A DNA stretch of 64,000 nt from Octopus sinensis (lineage: Eukaryota), in assembly GCF_006345805.1 (NCBI RefSeq), contig NC_042999.1, positions 155,000,001-155,064,000 of the forward strand, read 5' to 3'. The translations under genes and the position numbers were made by a program. This document shows positions 33,901 to 48,100 of this stretch, piece by piece. The notes beneath the pieces were generated by a model. The model saw only the letters and a list, made by a program, of their open reading frames with translations, did no database searches and had not been told where the DNA came from. The first letter of the stretch is position 1; each line of letters starts with the position of its first letter.

Positions 33901-36900
33901 GCTATAGTAGAAGACACCAGCCCGAAGTTCCACAGAGTGGGACTGAACCCAGTACCTTGTGGCTGGGATGCAAACTTCTTACAATGCAGCTATGTCGGCA
34001 CCTAGTGTAGTAATAAATTAAATTATATGTCCTTAGCTCCAAGAAACTTTTAAGGGCCAATTGTTGTTGTTTTGTCACAAGGCGCAGAAGTGTGACCAAC
34101 CACATGGTTCTGGGTTCAGTCCCACTTTGTGGCACCTTGGGCAAGTGTCTTCTACTATAGCCTCAGGCCAACCAAAGCCTTGTGAGTGGATTTGGTAGAC
34201 GGAAACTGAAAGAAGCCCGTCGTATATATGTACGTGTGTGTATATTTTTGTGTGTCTGTGTTTGTCCCCCCAACATTGCGTGACAACCAATGCTGGTGTG
34301 TTTACGTCCCCGTAACTTAGTGGTTCGGCAAAACAGACCAATAGAATAAGTACTAGGCTTACAAAGAATAAGTCCTGGGGTCGATTTGCTCGACTAAAGG
34401 TAGTGCTCCAGCATGGCCACAGTCAAATGACTGAAACAAGTAAGAGTAAAAAAGAGAGAGTCAACCCTGATCCTCACAAACTGGTAATTTTGAGCCTTCA
34501 CACATGTTGCTAGTCTCTAACCCAGCACATGGTGATCACCATGACCTCTGACCCTTGCATAGCACGGTTGAGATTCCAATTTTGTTGATGTATTTGACTG
34601 ATTTATTGATTTTTTTTACTTTTAACCTTCAAAGGTCACTGTGTCAATTGTTTTGGCCATTATCTCTATTTCTAATTGACATCTAATCCATTAGAATTGT
34701 TTTTCTCTTTCCATCTCATTTCATCCCTCTCAGGTGTTCATTACAATGTCTGAGTATCATTTAATATAAAACTTCCTAAAACTTCTGTGGCAAGGCATAA
34801 GTGTGGCTGTGTGGTAAGGAGCTTGTTCCCAATCACATGGTTCTGGGTTTGGCCCCTCTGCTTGGCACCAGAGAGAATGTCTTCTAGTCTAACCTCGAGC
34901 CTACCGAAGACTCACGGGTGGATTTAGTAGACAGAAACTGAAGGAAGCTTGTTGTGTATGTGTGTGTGTGTGTGTGTGCACACGCATGCTATCACTGCTT
35001 GACAACTGGTATTGGTGTGTTTATGTCACTGTAACTTAGCAGTTCATCAAAAGAGACTGCTAGAATAAGAACCAGGCTTTAACCCTTTTGTTACCATATT
35101 TCTGTTGAGATGCTCTGTGTTTCTTTCAATTACTTTAAATATAACAAAGAATTTAGTAAAATAACTTAGTTATCATTAAGTTAGTGCTAGGAACATAAAT
35201 TGTAACTAAGGTTTGGAGGAAGATTTTAATTCAATACTTATGAAAACAAGACATTTGTACTACAGAGCCAGAGGTGGTTTCAGCCAGGTTGGTAACGAAA
35301 GGGTTAAGAATTGTTTCTCTCTTATATATTTTAACCCTTTTGTTACCATATTTCTGTTGAGATGCTTTGTGTTTCTTTCAATTAATTTTAAATATAACAA
35401 AAAATTGAATAAAATAACTTAGTTATCATTCAGCTAGTGTTAGGAACATAAATTGTGACTAAGGTTTGGTGGAAGATTTTAATTCAAAACTTATGAAAAC
35501 AAGACATTTGTACTACAGAGCCAGAGCTGGTTTCAGCCAGGTTGGTAATGAAAGGGTTAAGAATTGTTTCTCTATAATAAATTTTAACCCTTTTGTTACT
35601 GTATTTCTGTTGAGATGCTCTGTGTTTCTTTCAATTACTTTAAATATAACAAAGAATTTAGTAAAATAACTTAGTTATCATTAAGCTAGTGTTAGAAACA
35701 TAAATTGTGACAAGGGTTAGGTGGAAGATTTTAATTCAAAACTTATGAAAACGAGACATTTGTACTCAGAGCCAGAGGTGGTTTTAGCCAGGTTGGTAAC
35801 AAAAGGGTTAAATAAAAAAAAAGTACTAGCATCAATTCATTTGTCTAAAAAGGTGGTGCTCCAGCATGGCTGCAGTTTAATGACTGAAACAAGTAAAAGA
35901 TATAAGGAAAAAGATAATTACTCATTAACACTAGTCTCTCCTTTTAAGGTGGTGAAGAGGCGGAGTTGTTAGCACTTCAGACAAAATGCTTAGTGAAGTT
36001 TCTTCTGACTCTTCATATTCTGAGTTCAAATTCCGCTGAGGTTGCCTCTGCCTTACATCCTTGGGGTTGACAAATTAAAGTATATATCGAGTATTGGCAG
36101 GGTCATTGATGTAACTGACTGCTCCCCTGCCACTTCAGAACTGCTGGCTTTGTACCAAAATTAGAAAGAATTAACCCTGCTGTCATCTTCTACAACCCTC
36201 AGTATCTGATGAACCATGCATTAGTTTTGACAATGAGTCTTTCTTCAATCACCTAGACTAATTACTTGTTAAATTTAATTCATCGTCATCATTTAAAATC
36301 AGTTTTTCATGCTGGTATGGATCAGACATTTTGACAGGAGCTGACAAACCAGAGAACTGCATCAAGCTCAACTTTCTGTTTTGGTATGGTTTCTACAGCA
36401 GGATGCCCTTCCTAATGTCAATGCTGAGTATTCCACAGACATGCCTTAATGTAATCCTCAGGCCAAATAAGCATGACACAACATTTGACATGGCTACACC
36501 GTTGAACCACAGGCACCATCCATTCGTTGGGATTCCTAACAATTTCTATCTACCCATTTTTTCTCCCAAATCAACCTGAGACTTGTAAGATGTCATGCAA
36601 TGAGATCGAACCAAGGACTTCATGATCAAAGAGAGTAGCAAAACTATATCAATCTCACAAGCATATATCTTATCTCTTCATTAAGGAACTACTTGAAAGA
36701 TCTTTTGGTATTGCTTTTTCTCAAACTAATTAGTAAAACAAATTCGCACACATGCATCATCATCGTCGTCGTTTAATGTCTGCTTTTCATGCTGGCATGG
36801 GTTGGACGGTTTGACTGAGGGCTGGCAAGCCAGAAGGCTGCACCAGGTACCAATCAGATCTGGCAATGTTTCTACAGCTGGATGCCCTTCCTAACGCCAA

Positions 36901-39900
36901 CCACTCTGAGTGGGTGCTTTTTATGTGCCACTGGTACAAGAGCCAGTCAGGCAATACTGGCATTGACCACTCTTGAATGGTGCTTTTTACGTACCACTGG
37001 CACGGGACAAGTCAGGCAACACTGGCAATGACCATGCTTGAATGGTGCCTTTTACATGTCACAGGCACGGGAGCCAGTCAGGTGGTACTGGCAATGACCG
37101 TGCTTGAATGGTGCTTTTTACATGCCACTAGACTAGCAAAGGAGCCAGTCAGGCAGCAATGGCAACGATCAAGCTCAAATGGTGCTTTTTATGTGCCACC
37201 AGCATGGGACCAGTCAGGCGACACTGGCATCGACCACGCTCAAATGGTGCATTTTACATACCACCGACATGGGGTCAAGCAGCACTGGCTTCAACCATGC
37301 TCGAATGCATTGTAGGTATTTAGAAACTTTGAGAGATATGAGGTGTGTTATTTATAATGGTGAAATTTAAAGTAGATAATGCTTTACAGATAACTTAGAG
37401 CTTCTCAACCACTTCTTTACCTGTAGATTCCTATTTTACTTGGATAGATCTTCCTAGCCATTCGCTGTTTTAAAAATCCTATTATATTTTTGTACTTAAA
37501 CATTAAGAATTCTATAAAATATTGTTTAAATATTTTATGTTGTAGAATTATAACCAACTCATTGCATATAAATTTTAACAACAAAATCTTGTATGGACCC
37601 TGGTGGAGAATCACAGCTGTAAAAAAATAGTGTGTAGAATATTAGGTTTAAAAAAAATTCTCCTTGGATGGAAAAATAATCAAAGGCTGTCTGTGGCACT
37701 TGAACCTACATTTTTCCGTAAACTTGACAGACATTCTGCAGTTGTATCAAAGCAACACTTTAAACCTTTTCCATCCACTTTAGAAGCTTTGTTTTTACCT
37801 GTGAGAATTGTATATTGTTTACATTACAAGAATCTAGAAACTTCGAGAGATATGAAAAAGTGAGTCATTTTGGCTTCAAGTTTTGGCACAAGGCCAGCAT
37901 TTTCAGGGGAGGGGAGGGGTTGATTATCTTCAACCCTGAAAGGATGAAATTTGGGGAAATTTGAACTCAGAACATTAAGACAGACAAAATAATGTTCAGC
38001 ATTTTACCTGGTGAGCATTGGCATAGCTAGAATGTGGGCTGCCTAGTACAGCCCTTCCGTTTGCTGCAGCTGGACCCCACAAAAAACCCATATTGCTTAC
38101 AGCAGACCCAAAGTGCCCCCTCCTCCTCCCAGCTACGCTAGTGCTGGTGAGCTTATGATTCTGCCAGCTTGCCACCTTGAAAGTTAATCTTTTCACTGGT
38201 GGAACTTGAAGAAGATAAAGCTACAAATTAAAGTCTGTAAATATTTGGTTATGAATCCCTTTGGATGGAAACAAGTTGAAGGCTGTTTTGGGGACTCAAA
38301 CTCGCATCTGTGAACATGACAAATGTGCTAACCAATATACCAAAGCAACAATTTGAATTTTTTTCATCCAATTTAGAAACTTCATTCCTTATGTTTTTTG
38401 TATTATTAGAGTTTAGAAATTTCAATATGAACAGCTTACAATTCTTCAATAAGAACGAAACTAACAGTGAAAATTTGAAATGTTGCTTTGGTATAATGGT
38501 AGAACATCTGTCATGTGTACAGATGCGAGTTCAAGTCCTGTGAACAGCCTTTGATTTTTTTCTCCATCCAAGGGGTTTTCTAATTCAGCATCCTACATGC
38601 TGATGTCCACCTTTACATTCTGAGTTTGAATTCTGCAGAAGTTAACTTTGCCTTCTTCCTATCTGGGTCAATAAAATAAAGTACCCATTGAACATTAGGC
38701 TCAATATAACTGACTTACCCTTTCCCCTAAAATTGCTGGCTTTGTGCCAAAATCTGACCATTATTATTATTCCACCGAGGTCAACTTTGCCTTCATCCTT
38801 TTGGAGTCGATAAAATAAGTTACCAGTTGAGCACGGGTCAATGTAATCAATCCTCCATCTCACCCCACCCCAAAGCGCTAGCCTTGTGCCAAAATTTGAA
38901 ACCAATATTCTGCATACTATTATCCATAGCTTTATCTAATTCAAGGTCCGTCATTAAAAATAGCATACTTCACACAGCTTTTATGAAATAATTGCCTGTA
39001 ATTTTCGATTTAAAATTCACAAAAGTGTTTTCACTCTTTTCTCTTTTCTGCATGTTTTGCTGTAGGGTTTTTTTCCCATTCTTTTCTTTTGGCTGTGATT
39101 CTTAAAAAAATCTATATTTCTAGTTTGTTGAACACTTTGCTTTTTTTTTTTACTTCCAAAAATGATTGTTTTATTTATTTACGTGTTTTATTTTCTTAAT
39201 CTTCCATTGAAATATTTTCCGAGGAAATTACCTGGGATGGGGAAGGCAATCATCATCACTATTTAATCATCATCTTCCATGCCGGCATGGGTGGGATGGC
39301 TTCACAGGATCTCATGAATCTGAAAAGTGCTGTGTGCTCCAATATCTGATTTGACATGGTGTCTCTATGGCTGGAATCCTTCCTAATGCCAGTCTCTTCA
39401 CAACATGTACTGGATGTTTCTTTCATGGCACCAGCATTAGTGAGGTTATCATGCAGCTTGCAAGATTAATATCCTGAAAATAGACAGCCAATCACAGTGC
39501 AGCTTTGAAATCAATTGTCTTTATGATTCATTGTTAATGGTGTCTTCCATACCTGTTGTTTACTTTTGTTTTTAATCGCAAAAAAAGAAATGATTTTGTG
39601 ATGAAACTAGTATGTGACGAACCCAGCACTTCATCTTGTAAATAAGCAAGGGCTAGACTCTTTTATAGTTGAGGAAATTATTGATGACATTTATTCTTCA
39701 GATGAAGAGTTTACATTTATACAGACAATGAGAGTTAAGCAAACAATCAAACTGGTGAAAGAGATGAGGAATGTATCGGCTCAGATAAACAAATACAGCA
39801 GCTGAGAGAGATAGCCTATTATTGATATTCTGTGGAATTTTTTTGTGATTCTTTCCATTAGTTTGCCTGCAAACATTACTCTTGAGTTGCATATGCAACT

Positions 39901-42900
39901 ATTTTTGTTTTGCTCAGGAACCCAGGTGGCAGGAAAAGTTAGACGCAGGGGTCCAGGTCTGAGAGGATTAAGCTTTTAACAACAGTTTGGTGAAGTCATT
40001 GCAACTTCAAACAAAATACCTTCAGTATTTAATTTTGGTCATTTAATGTCCCGAGTTCAAACCTTGCCAACGTCAACTTTGTCTTTCATCTTTTTGAGGT
40101 TGATAAAATTCTGTTTGTCTATGTTTTTACATAGTCTGAGGTGAAGGGAGGTGGAAATCTGTTATAAAAGCGTGCATATTAGAGACAGGGATAGTGCATA
40201 TGATCTTAGTTTAATGATAAATGTGCAAGTTATGTGAGCCAAGAGGACAGGCTGATCCCATGCATATAGCAAATAAATAGAGGTGTTTCCTTCTTGCCTT
40301 CTTCGGGTCCTCGATTCCTGATGGAGTCATGGAGGTGCTATCACGAAATACAATGTCTTGGGAATTTTCACCTGACAGAGCACATTCTTTTCTGGATATA
40401 AGAACAATTTCTTCCACACACACACACATACATACAAAAAACAAATACACACACTCACAAATTGAAAGAAAGTGAGAGAGAGAGAGAGAGAGACCAGTCA
40501 GCTCCAGTACTAGACTGGTACATTATTTATCAACCTTGGAAAGATAAATGATGAAGTAGATTTTGGTGAATTTGAACTCACAGTGCAGAGAGCCTGAAGG
40601 AATGCCACAAGTCTGCAGATGGTGCAAAGTCCCTTCCAGACCTAGAGTTATGTGGTGGTGGAATAGTACAGTAGACACAGCCATTAGAGCAAAGAAAAGG
40701 CGTGGAAAGCCTGGAAGGGTGGGAGACAAACCACTCGTCCCTTGAGGGAGAAAGCCCTGCTTGATATACTGGAATGATGCTGGTAGAAACCCCATACACT
40801 GTACCCACTGCAAACTATGGACAGAGGAGATGCAGTGGTATCACAGAAAGATTTGAGCCCAAGGACACGGGGCCAGTTGCCCAGGTCCCATGGTGTGTAA
40901 GTGATCAAGGTCATCACCCCCCACCCCAAATGAATGCTGATCTGTTGCAGGGTTTATTCATTTACAATCAAGTTGACTTTAGCAACATGAAATTGTTTTG
41001 CTAAAAAATACAACGCATCGCCCAGTCCAGAAGTTGAAACTACGATCTTGCAATCATGAGTGCAATATTTTAACCACTCAGTCATGCACCTCCACACTCA
41101 TCTGCATATATGTAAATTACACATACATTTATGTAAATAAATTAGTGACTCAATAACAAATAACACCAACAAAGAATGGGACACCAGTCTGTCATATCGT
41201 TTAACGTCCGCTTTCCATGCTAGCATGGGCTGGACGATTTGACTGAGGACTCGCGAACCAGGTGGCTGCACCAGGCTCCAATCTGATCTGGCAGAGTTTC
41301 TACAGCTGGATGCCCTTCCTAATGCCAACCACTCTGAGAGTGTAGTGGGTGCTTTTATGTGCCACTGGCACGAGGTTCAGCCAGGCAGTACTGGCAACGG
41401 CCATGCTCAAATGGTGTTTTTTACGTGCCACCTGCACAGGAGCCAGTCCAGTGGCACTGGCAACAACCTTGCTCAATTGATTTTCTTCACGTGCCAGTAA
41501 GGCGATGCTGTCATAGGGTTATTTATTTACAGCTGAGTGGACTGAGGCAATATGAAATGAAGTGTTTTACTCAAGAACATAACATGGGTTAGGGAATTAC
41601 AGTCTTGATTTTGCAATCCCGAATACAGCACTCTAACCACTGAGCCACATACTTTTACACAGAACCACAAGGCATCCTAAAAACTGTGGCAGCTGGGATT
41701 TATGAGAAAGATCAATGTAAGAGAGAGAAGTGTGGAAGCATTTGGTATTGGAAAATCTATCAAATCCATACGTAACGTAAGAAAAAAGTAACCATATACT
41801 TATGAAGAGATGTATTTCATTTACTGACTATTGGTCACACTATTTTTTTTAATAACTGGGCATTTTTGGATGATAGAGTACTTATAGAAATCAATATTGA
41901 AATTTTATTTTATATATTCATTTTCGTTTCTAACAAAAACACTTCGGCCCAGTGCGTCCATGCTGCCAACAAAGCACGCGGAGTTCTGTTCTTGATTCGA
42001 CGGTCATTCGGAATGCTCACAGCAGCCATATTCCTACCGTTCTATGTCATGCTGGTGAGACCCATATTGGAGTACGGGATTCAAGCCTCTTCTCCTTATC
42101 TCCTCAAAGACATACAGCATCTCGAAAGAGTCCAGAAGCTGGCTACCTGCATGGTTCTTGGTCTCAAGCATTTGTCTTATGAAGAAAGGCTGAAGACGCT
42201 CGACCTTTATTCTCTAGAAAAACGCCGACGCCGTGGTAATCTCATTCTTGCTCACAACATCATAAGCGGAAAGTGTAACCTCTCGAAGGAGCTGTTTTTC
42301 ACTCCTGCTCCAGAGCGTCGGCTGCGGGGTCATTCCAAAAAGCTCTATCTGCGACAATTTCATCTCAATTGAAGGAGAGGGGCTTTCTCAGTCTGGGTTG
42401 CGGATCCGTGGAATAAGCTGCCGGACGAGATGGTGAAGATGCCGACGACCGCTCGGTTCAAAGTCTCCGTTGACCACAAGTGGCCTGAACTCTTTACATG
42501 AACACCACCCTGTACATAACTCCATGTCCCCCTACATGGCCTTGCTTTTTTGCTTTTTGAGCCAAAAAATTAACTAACTAACTAACTTCCTCTTCTCTTT
42601 CTGTATTTGTGCGTGTATATATATGGTAGGTCTGATGATGCAAACAGAGATAATAACACTCAAAACATATATATTTATAAAATGCAAGGGTCAAGGTGTA
42701 GGAAGAAAGTTAGCTTCAAGCCATTCGTATTAAATAAAAAAAAAATCTTTCAGGGACAATAATGGTTTATTGAGACAGAAGGTTGTGGATTTTCTTCTTG
42801 TGAAAGTACGATAAATTGAAAAAAATTCTCTTTATATTTCATGGTAGGCAATCAGGGTTGTAAGGAATGGAGCAGATAAGATCTGGGCTACATATGTTTC

Positions 42901-43042
42901 ATAGCGAGCGGAACCTCAGAAATGGTAAATATCCAAGCGAGGTGTATACCGCAGGCTACTCTTTGGGCCAAGGATATCTTGATTAAATGAAAGTTTATAT
43001 TGTCACAAGGAGCTACATGTTAACACATGGAAGATTCAATCA

Positions 43043-43081
<39 letters not shown>

Positions 43082-43086
43082 TATAC

Positions 43087-43137
<51 letters not shown>

Positions 43138-43823
43138 TACATATATAGGTGCAAGCATGGCTGTGTGGTAAATAGGTTGCTTACCAACCACATGGCTCCG
43201 GGTTTAGTCCCACTACATGGCACCTTGGTTAAGTATCTTCTACTATAGCCTTGGGCCAATCAAAGCCTTGTGAATAGATTTGGTAGATGGAAACTGAAAG
43301 AAGCCCGTCGTATATCATCATCATCATCATATATATATATACATATATATATATATATGTATGTGTGTGTGTTTGTATGTAAATGTGTCTATATTTGACC
43401 CCCCAACATCGTTTGACAACTGATGTTGGTGTGTCTACATCCCTGTAACTTAGTGGTTCGGTGAAAGAGACCAGCAGAATAAGTACTAGGCTTCCAAAGA
43501 ATAAGTCCTGGGGTTGATTTGTTTGACTAAAGGTGGTGCTCTAGCATGGCCGCAATCAAACGACTGAAACAAATAAAAGAATATATATATATCTTCAGAG
43601 GGATCACATTCTTTTACTTGTTTCAGTCATTTGACTGTAGCCATGCTGGAGCACTGCTTTTAGTCAAACAAATTGACCCCAGGACTTATTCTTTGTAAGC
43701 CTAGTACTTATTCTATTGGTCTCTTTTGCTGAACCACTAAGTTATGGGAATGTAAACACACCAACATTGGTTGTCAAGCAATGGTGGGGGGACAAACACA
43801 GATACATACACACACATTATATG

Positions 43824-43885
<62 letters not shown>

Positions 43886-44784
43886 GACACATATATACGA
43901 TGGGCTTCTTTCAGTTTCTGTCTACCAAATCCACTCACAAGACATTGGTCAGCCCGAGGCTATAGTAGAAGACACTTGCCCAAGGTGCCATGCAGGGGAA
44001 CTGAAACCGGAACCATGTGGTTGGGAAGCAAGCTTCTTACCACATAGCCGCTCGCTGTTGTGCCTATAAATATTTCTGAATTTCTGTCTGATGAGGAAGA
44101 GTATTTTGATGGCAAAAGTGACGATGATCTTCAAGACTCCATTCAAAATATTTACAGCAGCATGGACAGACAATACGATAGCCATATAAATTTCTGATAT
44201 TGAAAGTATACTTACTGACCAAATCTTTAAATTTCAAGTCTGCACTTGAATTAAGAAAGCTGCAAACAAATATTGCCCTCATGGGCTTGGTTTAATTCAT
44301 AATAATGTGAATAAATAAGTATAACTTTTGACAGAGTAATTTCAATGCCAGAATCTAAGTGATATATTTTTGCTTTTCCTAATTCATATTTGTGTGTTTT
44401 ATGATGATGATGATAAAAATAATAAAGATAATAATAGTAATAATAATGATAATAATAATACTGTGGTGTTTAGTGAGTCCCTAATTTGTCCTATCCTTGA
44501 CAGGCAGCTAAACATGATGTAATTGTTGGGACATACCAACATTGAACCAATGGTGAGTGAGACACGGAATATATTGTATTCTGCTTAATTTGTCTTCAGA
44601 AAACAAACAAATCTAAATCATACAGACTCAAAGACTGCTTGCAATATTATACACGTCTCGTTTCTTTCTTTAGCTTAATTCTTTGTTTTATACAGCTGTG
44701 TTATTTTCAGTGTTTTCTTCGAAAAAAGATTTCATTTTCTTTTCACTGGTTCTACATGTTTATGTTATATATATGGTATGTATG

Positions 44785-44835
<51 letters not shown>

Positions 44836-45070
44836 AAATATGTGTGTATGTATGTATGTGTGTATGTATATATACATATATTTATATATAAGTATATGTA
44901 TGTGTATGTATGCATGTATATATATATGTATGTATATATATATATATATATATATTTATGTGGATGTGTATGTATGTGTATATGTATATGTATGTATATA
45001 TATGCATGTGTATATGTATGTGTATGTATGTGTATATGTATATGTATGTATATATATGCATGTGTATATG

Positions 45071-45102
<32 letters not shown>

Positions 45103-45116
45103 TGTATACATCTGTG

Positions 45117-45149
<33 letters not shown>

Positions 45150-48100
45150 GTGTATGTATATATATATATCTATATACGTAATTATTTCTTCTATTGTGTG
45201 TGTCTAGATATGTAATATGCATCCATATTTGGGTATATATAACCTTGAAGATTTGTTGGTCGTGCCTTTAGAACTGGTTTTTCAATCTTTTTCATATCAA
45301 GGCCAGATTCAGAATGTGGATTTCCGATGGCGATGGTGACGGGTGCAGTTTAGGGGCACCCCAAAAAAAAACTAAAACACAAGTCAATAAAAAAATTCAT
45401 ATTTACAGAGGGGCTCTGTCGAGGATCACAGGCAACCCTGGGAGCTGCTGTTGAGAACTGTTGCTTTAGAAGGATTGTTTTTTTTTAAACACTTTCTAAA
45501 TGCAGTTAAAAAGTTCACTTTTTTTCCCCTCATGTCTTCTCACTCAGATGTGACAGTCAGTTCCCTCTACATTTACAGTGTACAAAGCACACCTATTCCT
45601 CTCCTATGATTGGTAAAGGAGCAGAGGAAAAGTATATTGAGATGTCCCCTACTCCTCTCTCACCAAAAGTTTGAAAACCTCCCTTGAGCTGATGCTATGG
45701 AAAATAAGGTCCAGTACACATTGTGAAGTGGATGACAAACAAGTTTAGAATGCGTAGGGTTGTGAAGACACTTTCGTTCTGTCTTGCTGAGGACATGACA
45801 AGTTCATGATCCCCTTCAGGTCTTCTGTGACCAGTGAGAAGAAGGGAGTTGTTCTCAGATTGCAGACCTGTCTCGAATGCTTGCAATAAAGTGGACCCTG
45901 CTAAAGACCACCTAAAGACCAGATAGTGGTGTTAAACTAAGAGACATATTAAGTCTACTTCTCAATGATCAGAAGTTATATCTATGGGCCTTACTATATT
46001 CATCTTCAGGGTCTTGGGAGAGCCTATACAGATCAGAGGAGGGTCTGTAAATGTCTTGGGCTCTATCCCTGTACCTTTGACTATTTTAGAAACTGTGTTA
46101 GATCTTCAGTACCTCATTTCCCATTAAATTCAATCCTCATGAACCAAAAGTTCTCAGATGATGAACCAAAGACTAAACCTCTATGTAGTCACTAAACTTA
46201 CTAGAAATAGCTGCCAAGTCTCTCTCAACTCACATCCTGTTGTTTTTTAATAAGGCAAAGTCATCTTAATGTAATCCTATATATTTTTTTAAAAGATATG
46301 ATGGTCATAACTGAGATCCTTTTGATCATGGGGTCATGCCCTGAATGATAGATTTCCTCCTTTGCCTCACAAGGGATCAGTTTATTTCACTTTTGAACTG
46401 AGTGTACTCGGTAATTACCAACACAGATCACCACTACTGACATTACTTTGTCAGAAGGGATAGGTCAGCATCCATGACAATTTTTAGGGTCTCTGGAAGT
46501 GATGAAAGAACAAAAGGTAGTTATCCTTGGACTAGAGACATGACACGAATGTTTACAGCTGGGGACCTTGCTAAAGGTAGCCTTCAAAACCATGTGGAGG
46601 TATTAAACCAGGTGATGGATTAAGTCTTCCACCCAAATGAATAGAAATGATTCCTGCCACAGATGGATCCTTTTGTTTAGACTACACATTAGTATGACCC
46701 AATCCCTCTGAGCCTTTCAATTATTTCATCATCATCATCATCATTTAATGTCCATTTTCCATACTAGTATGTGTTGGATAGTTTGACAGAAGCTGGTCAA
46801 CCAGAGGGCTGCACCTGGCTCCAATTGTCTGCTTTGGCATGGTTTCTATGGCTGGATATCCTTCCTAACACCAACCACTCATCATTTTCAATTCCAACAT
46901 AAAAGATTTGATAAAGAGTCAAGAAACACCCCTTCACTTCTATCATCTTTTCTTTTCTCACTAATTGTCACCTTAGTTTCAGGGAACTTAGAGTTACTAG
47001 AAATCTCCTCTCCTACATTTCACCAACAAAGGTTTTTGATCATGAAGAGAACTTCCGAGCTGAGTGCTTGGATCAGAATCCTTCCCTCCATCCTTTGAGG
47101 CCCTGAGAATACTTAAGTCTTAATGACTTGTTGACTGTTTACTAGGTACATTTTGGTACTTACATATCTAAAGTGATGTTGCTATGTTATGCATTAATAT
47201 ATTAGACCACGTATCCCCACCAAAATGGCATCCATCTAAATATTGAAAAGATTTTCACAAAGACAACTTCTGGTTCATGGGAATACTGGATCTTCTCTTT
47301 GGTTCATCTATTATAATAGTTTGAACTTGTAACTTCCATATCAATTTCTTTGTAAGCACACTCGAGGCACAGCTCTCTCTCCTTTCTTCATAATCTCTAT
47401 TGCATGAAATGCTTTACCCAATACTTCTTCATTAGAATTGCATCCCTCTGAAACACATTACTTGCCTACATTTTCCCTTAAAGATCTTAATCTGAAAAAA
47501 AATCATTCAACATTCATGTTCCATGCTGGCATAAGTTGCATGGTTTGATTGGATCCTATGTGTTCAAGGACTGCATTGTCCTCCTGTGTCTACTTTGACA
47601 AGTTTCTGCAGTTGGATGCTCTTCCTAACACCAATTACTTCACAGCATGTATAGAGAATTTTTTCTTTCATGGTACCAGCACAAGTGAGGTCACCATGCA
47701 GCCTGCAAAACTAAGATACCTTTTTTACTGAGTAGGGCTGCAGTATAGAGGGTGCCAGCTTCTCTGATGATGTTACCGATCGAGGCAGATCTGTAAGGTC
47801 ATAAGCAGACTCTTCTCTATTCATTGACTTAGCAATTAAATAAAACCTGGTGCAAAGTTAAATGGTAGTTCCATTTAATCCCTTCATACCCACAACTGGG
47901 GTGTTAAACTACACACTCATTGTAATCCTCATCATTCTATGTCCACCATCTCGCATGGGTTGGACTGTTCAACAGGACCCAATACAATGGATGACAGTCT
48001 CATGCTCCGGTGTTTCACTTTTGGCATGATTTGTATGGCTGGAATCTTTTCCTAATACAATCCATCTGCCAAAGCATACTAATTATTTTTTTTCATGGCA

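Noticed and set aside
38485-38548. Possible tRNA gene (TGT anticodon)
   Set aside because: It lacks U33, T-stem and acceptor-stem pairing, and is part of an inverted-repeat element.
41866-42372. 168-aa ORF as a host gene nested in the intron
   Set aside because: The motifs are those of the CR1 ORF2 C-terminus with a (TAAC)n tail, so it is a truncated LINE.
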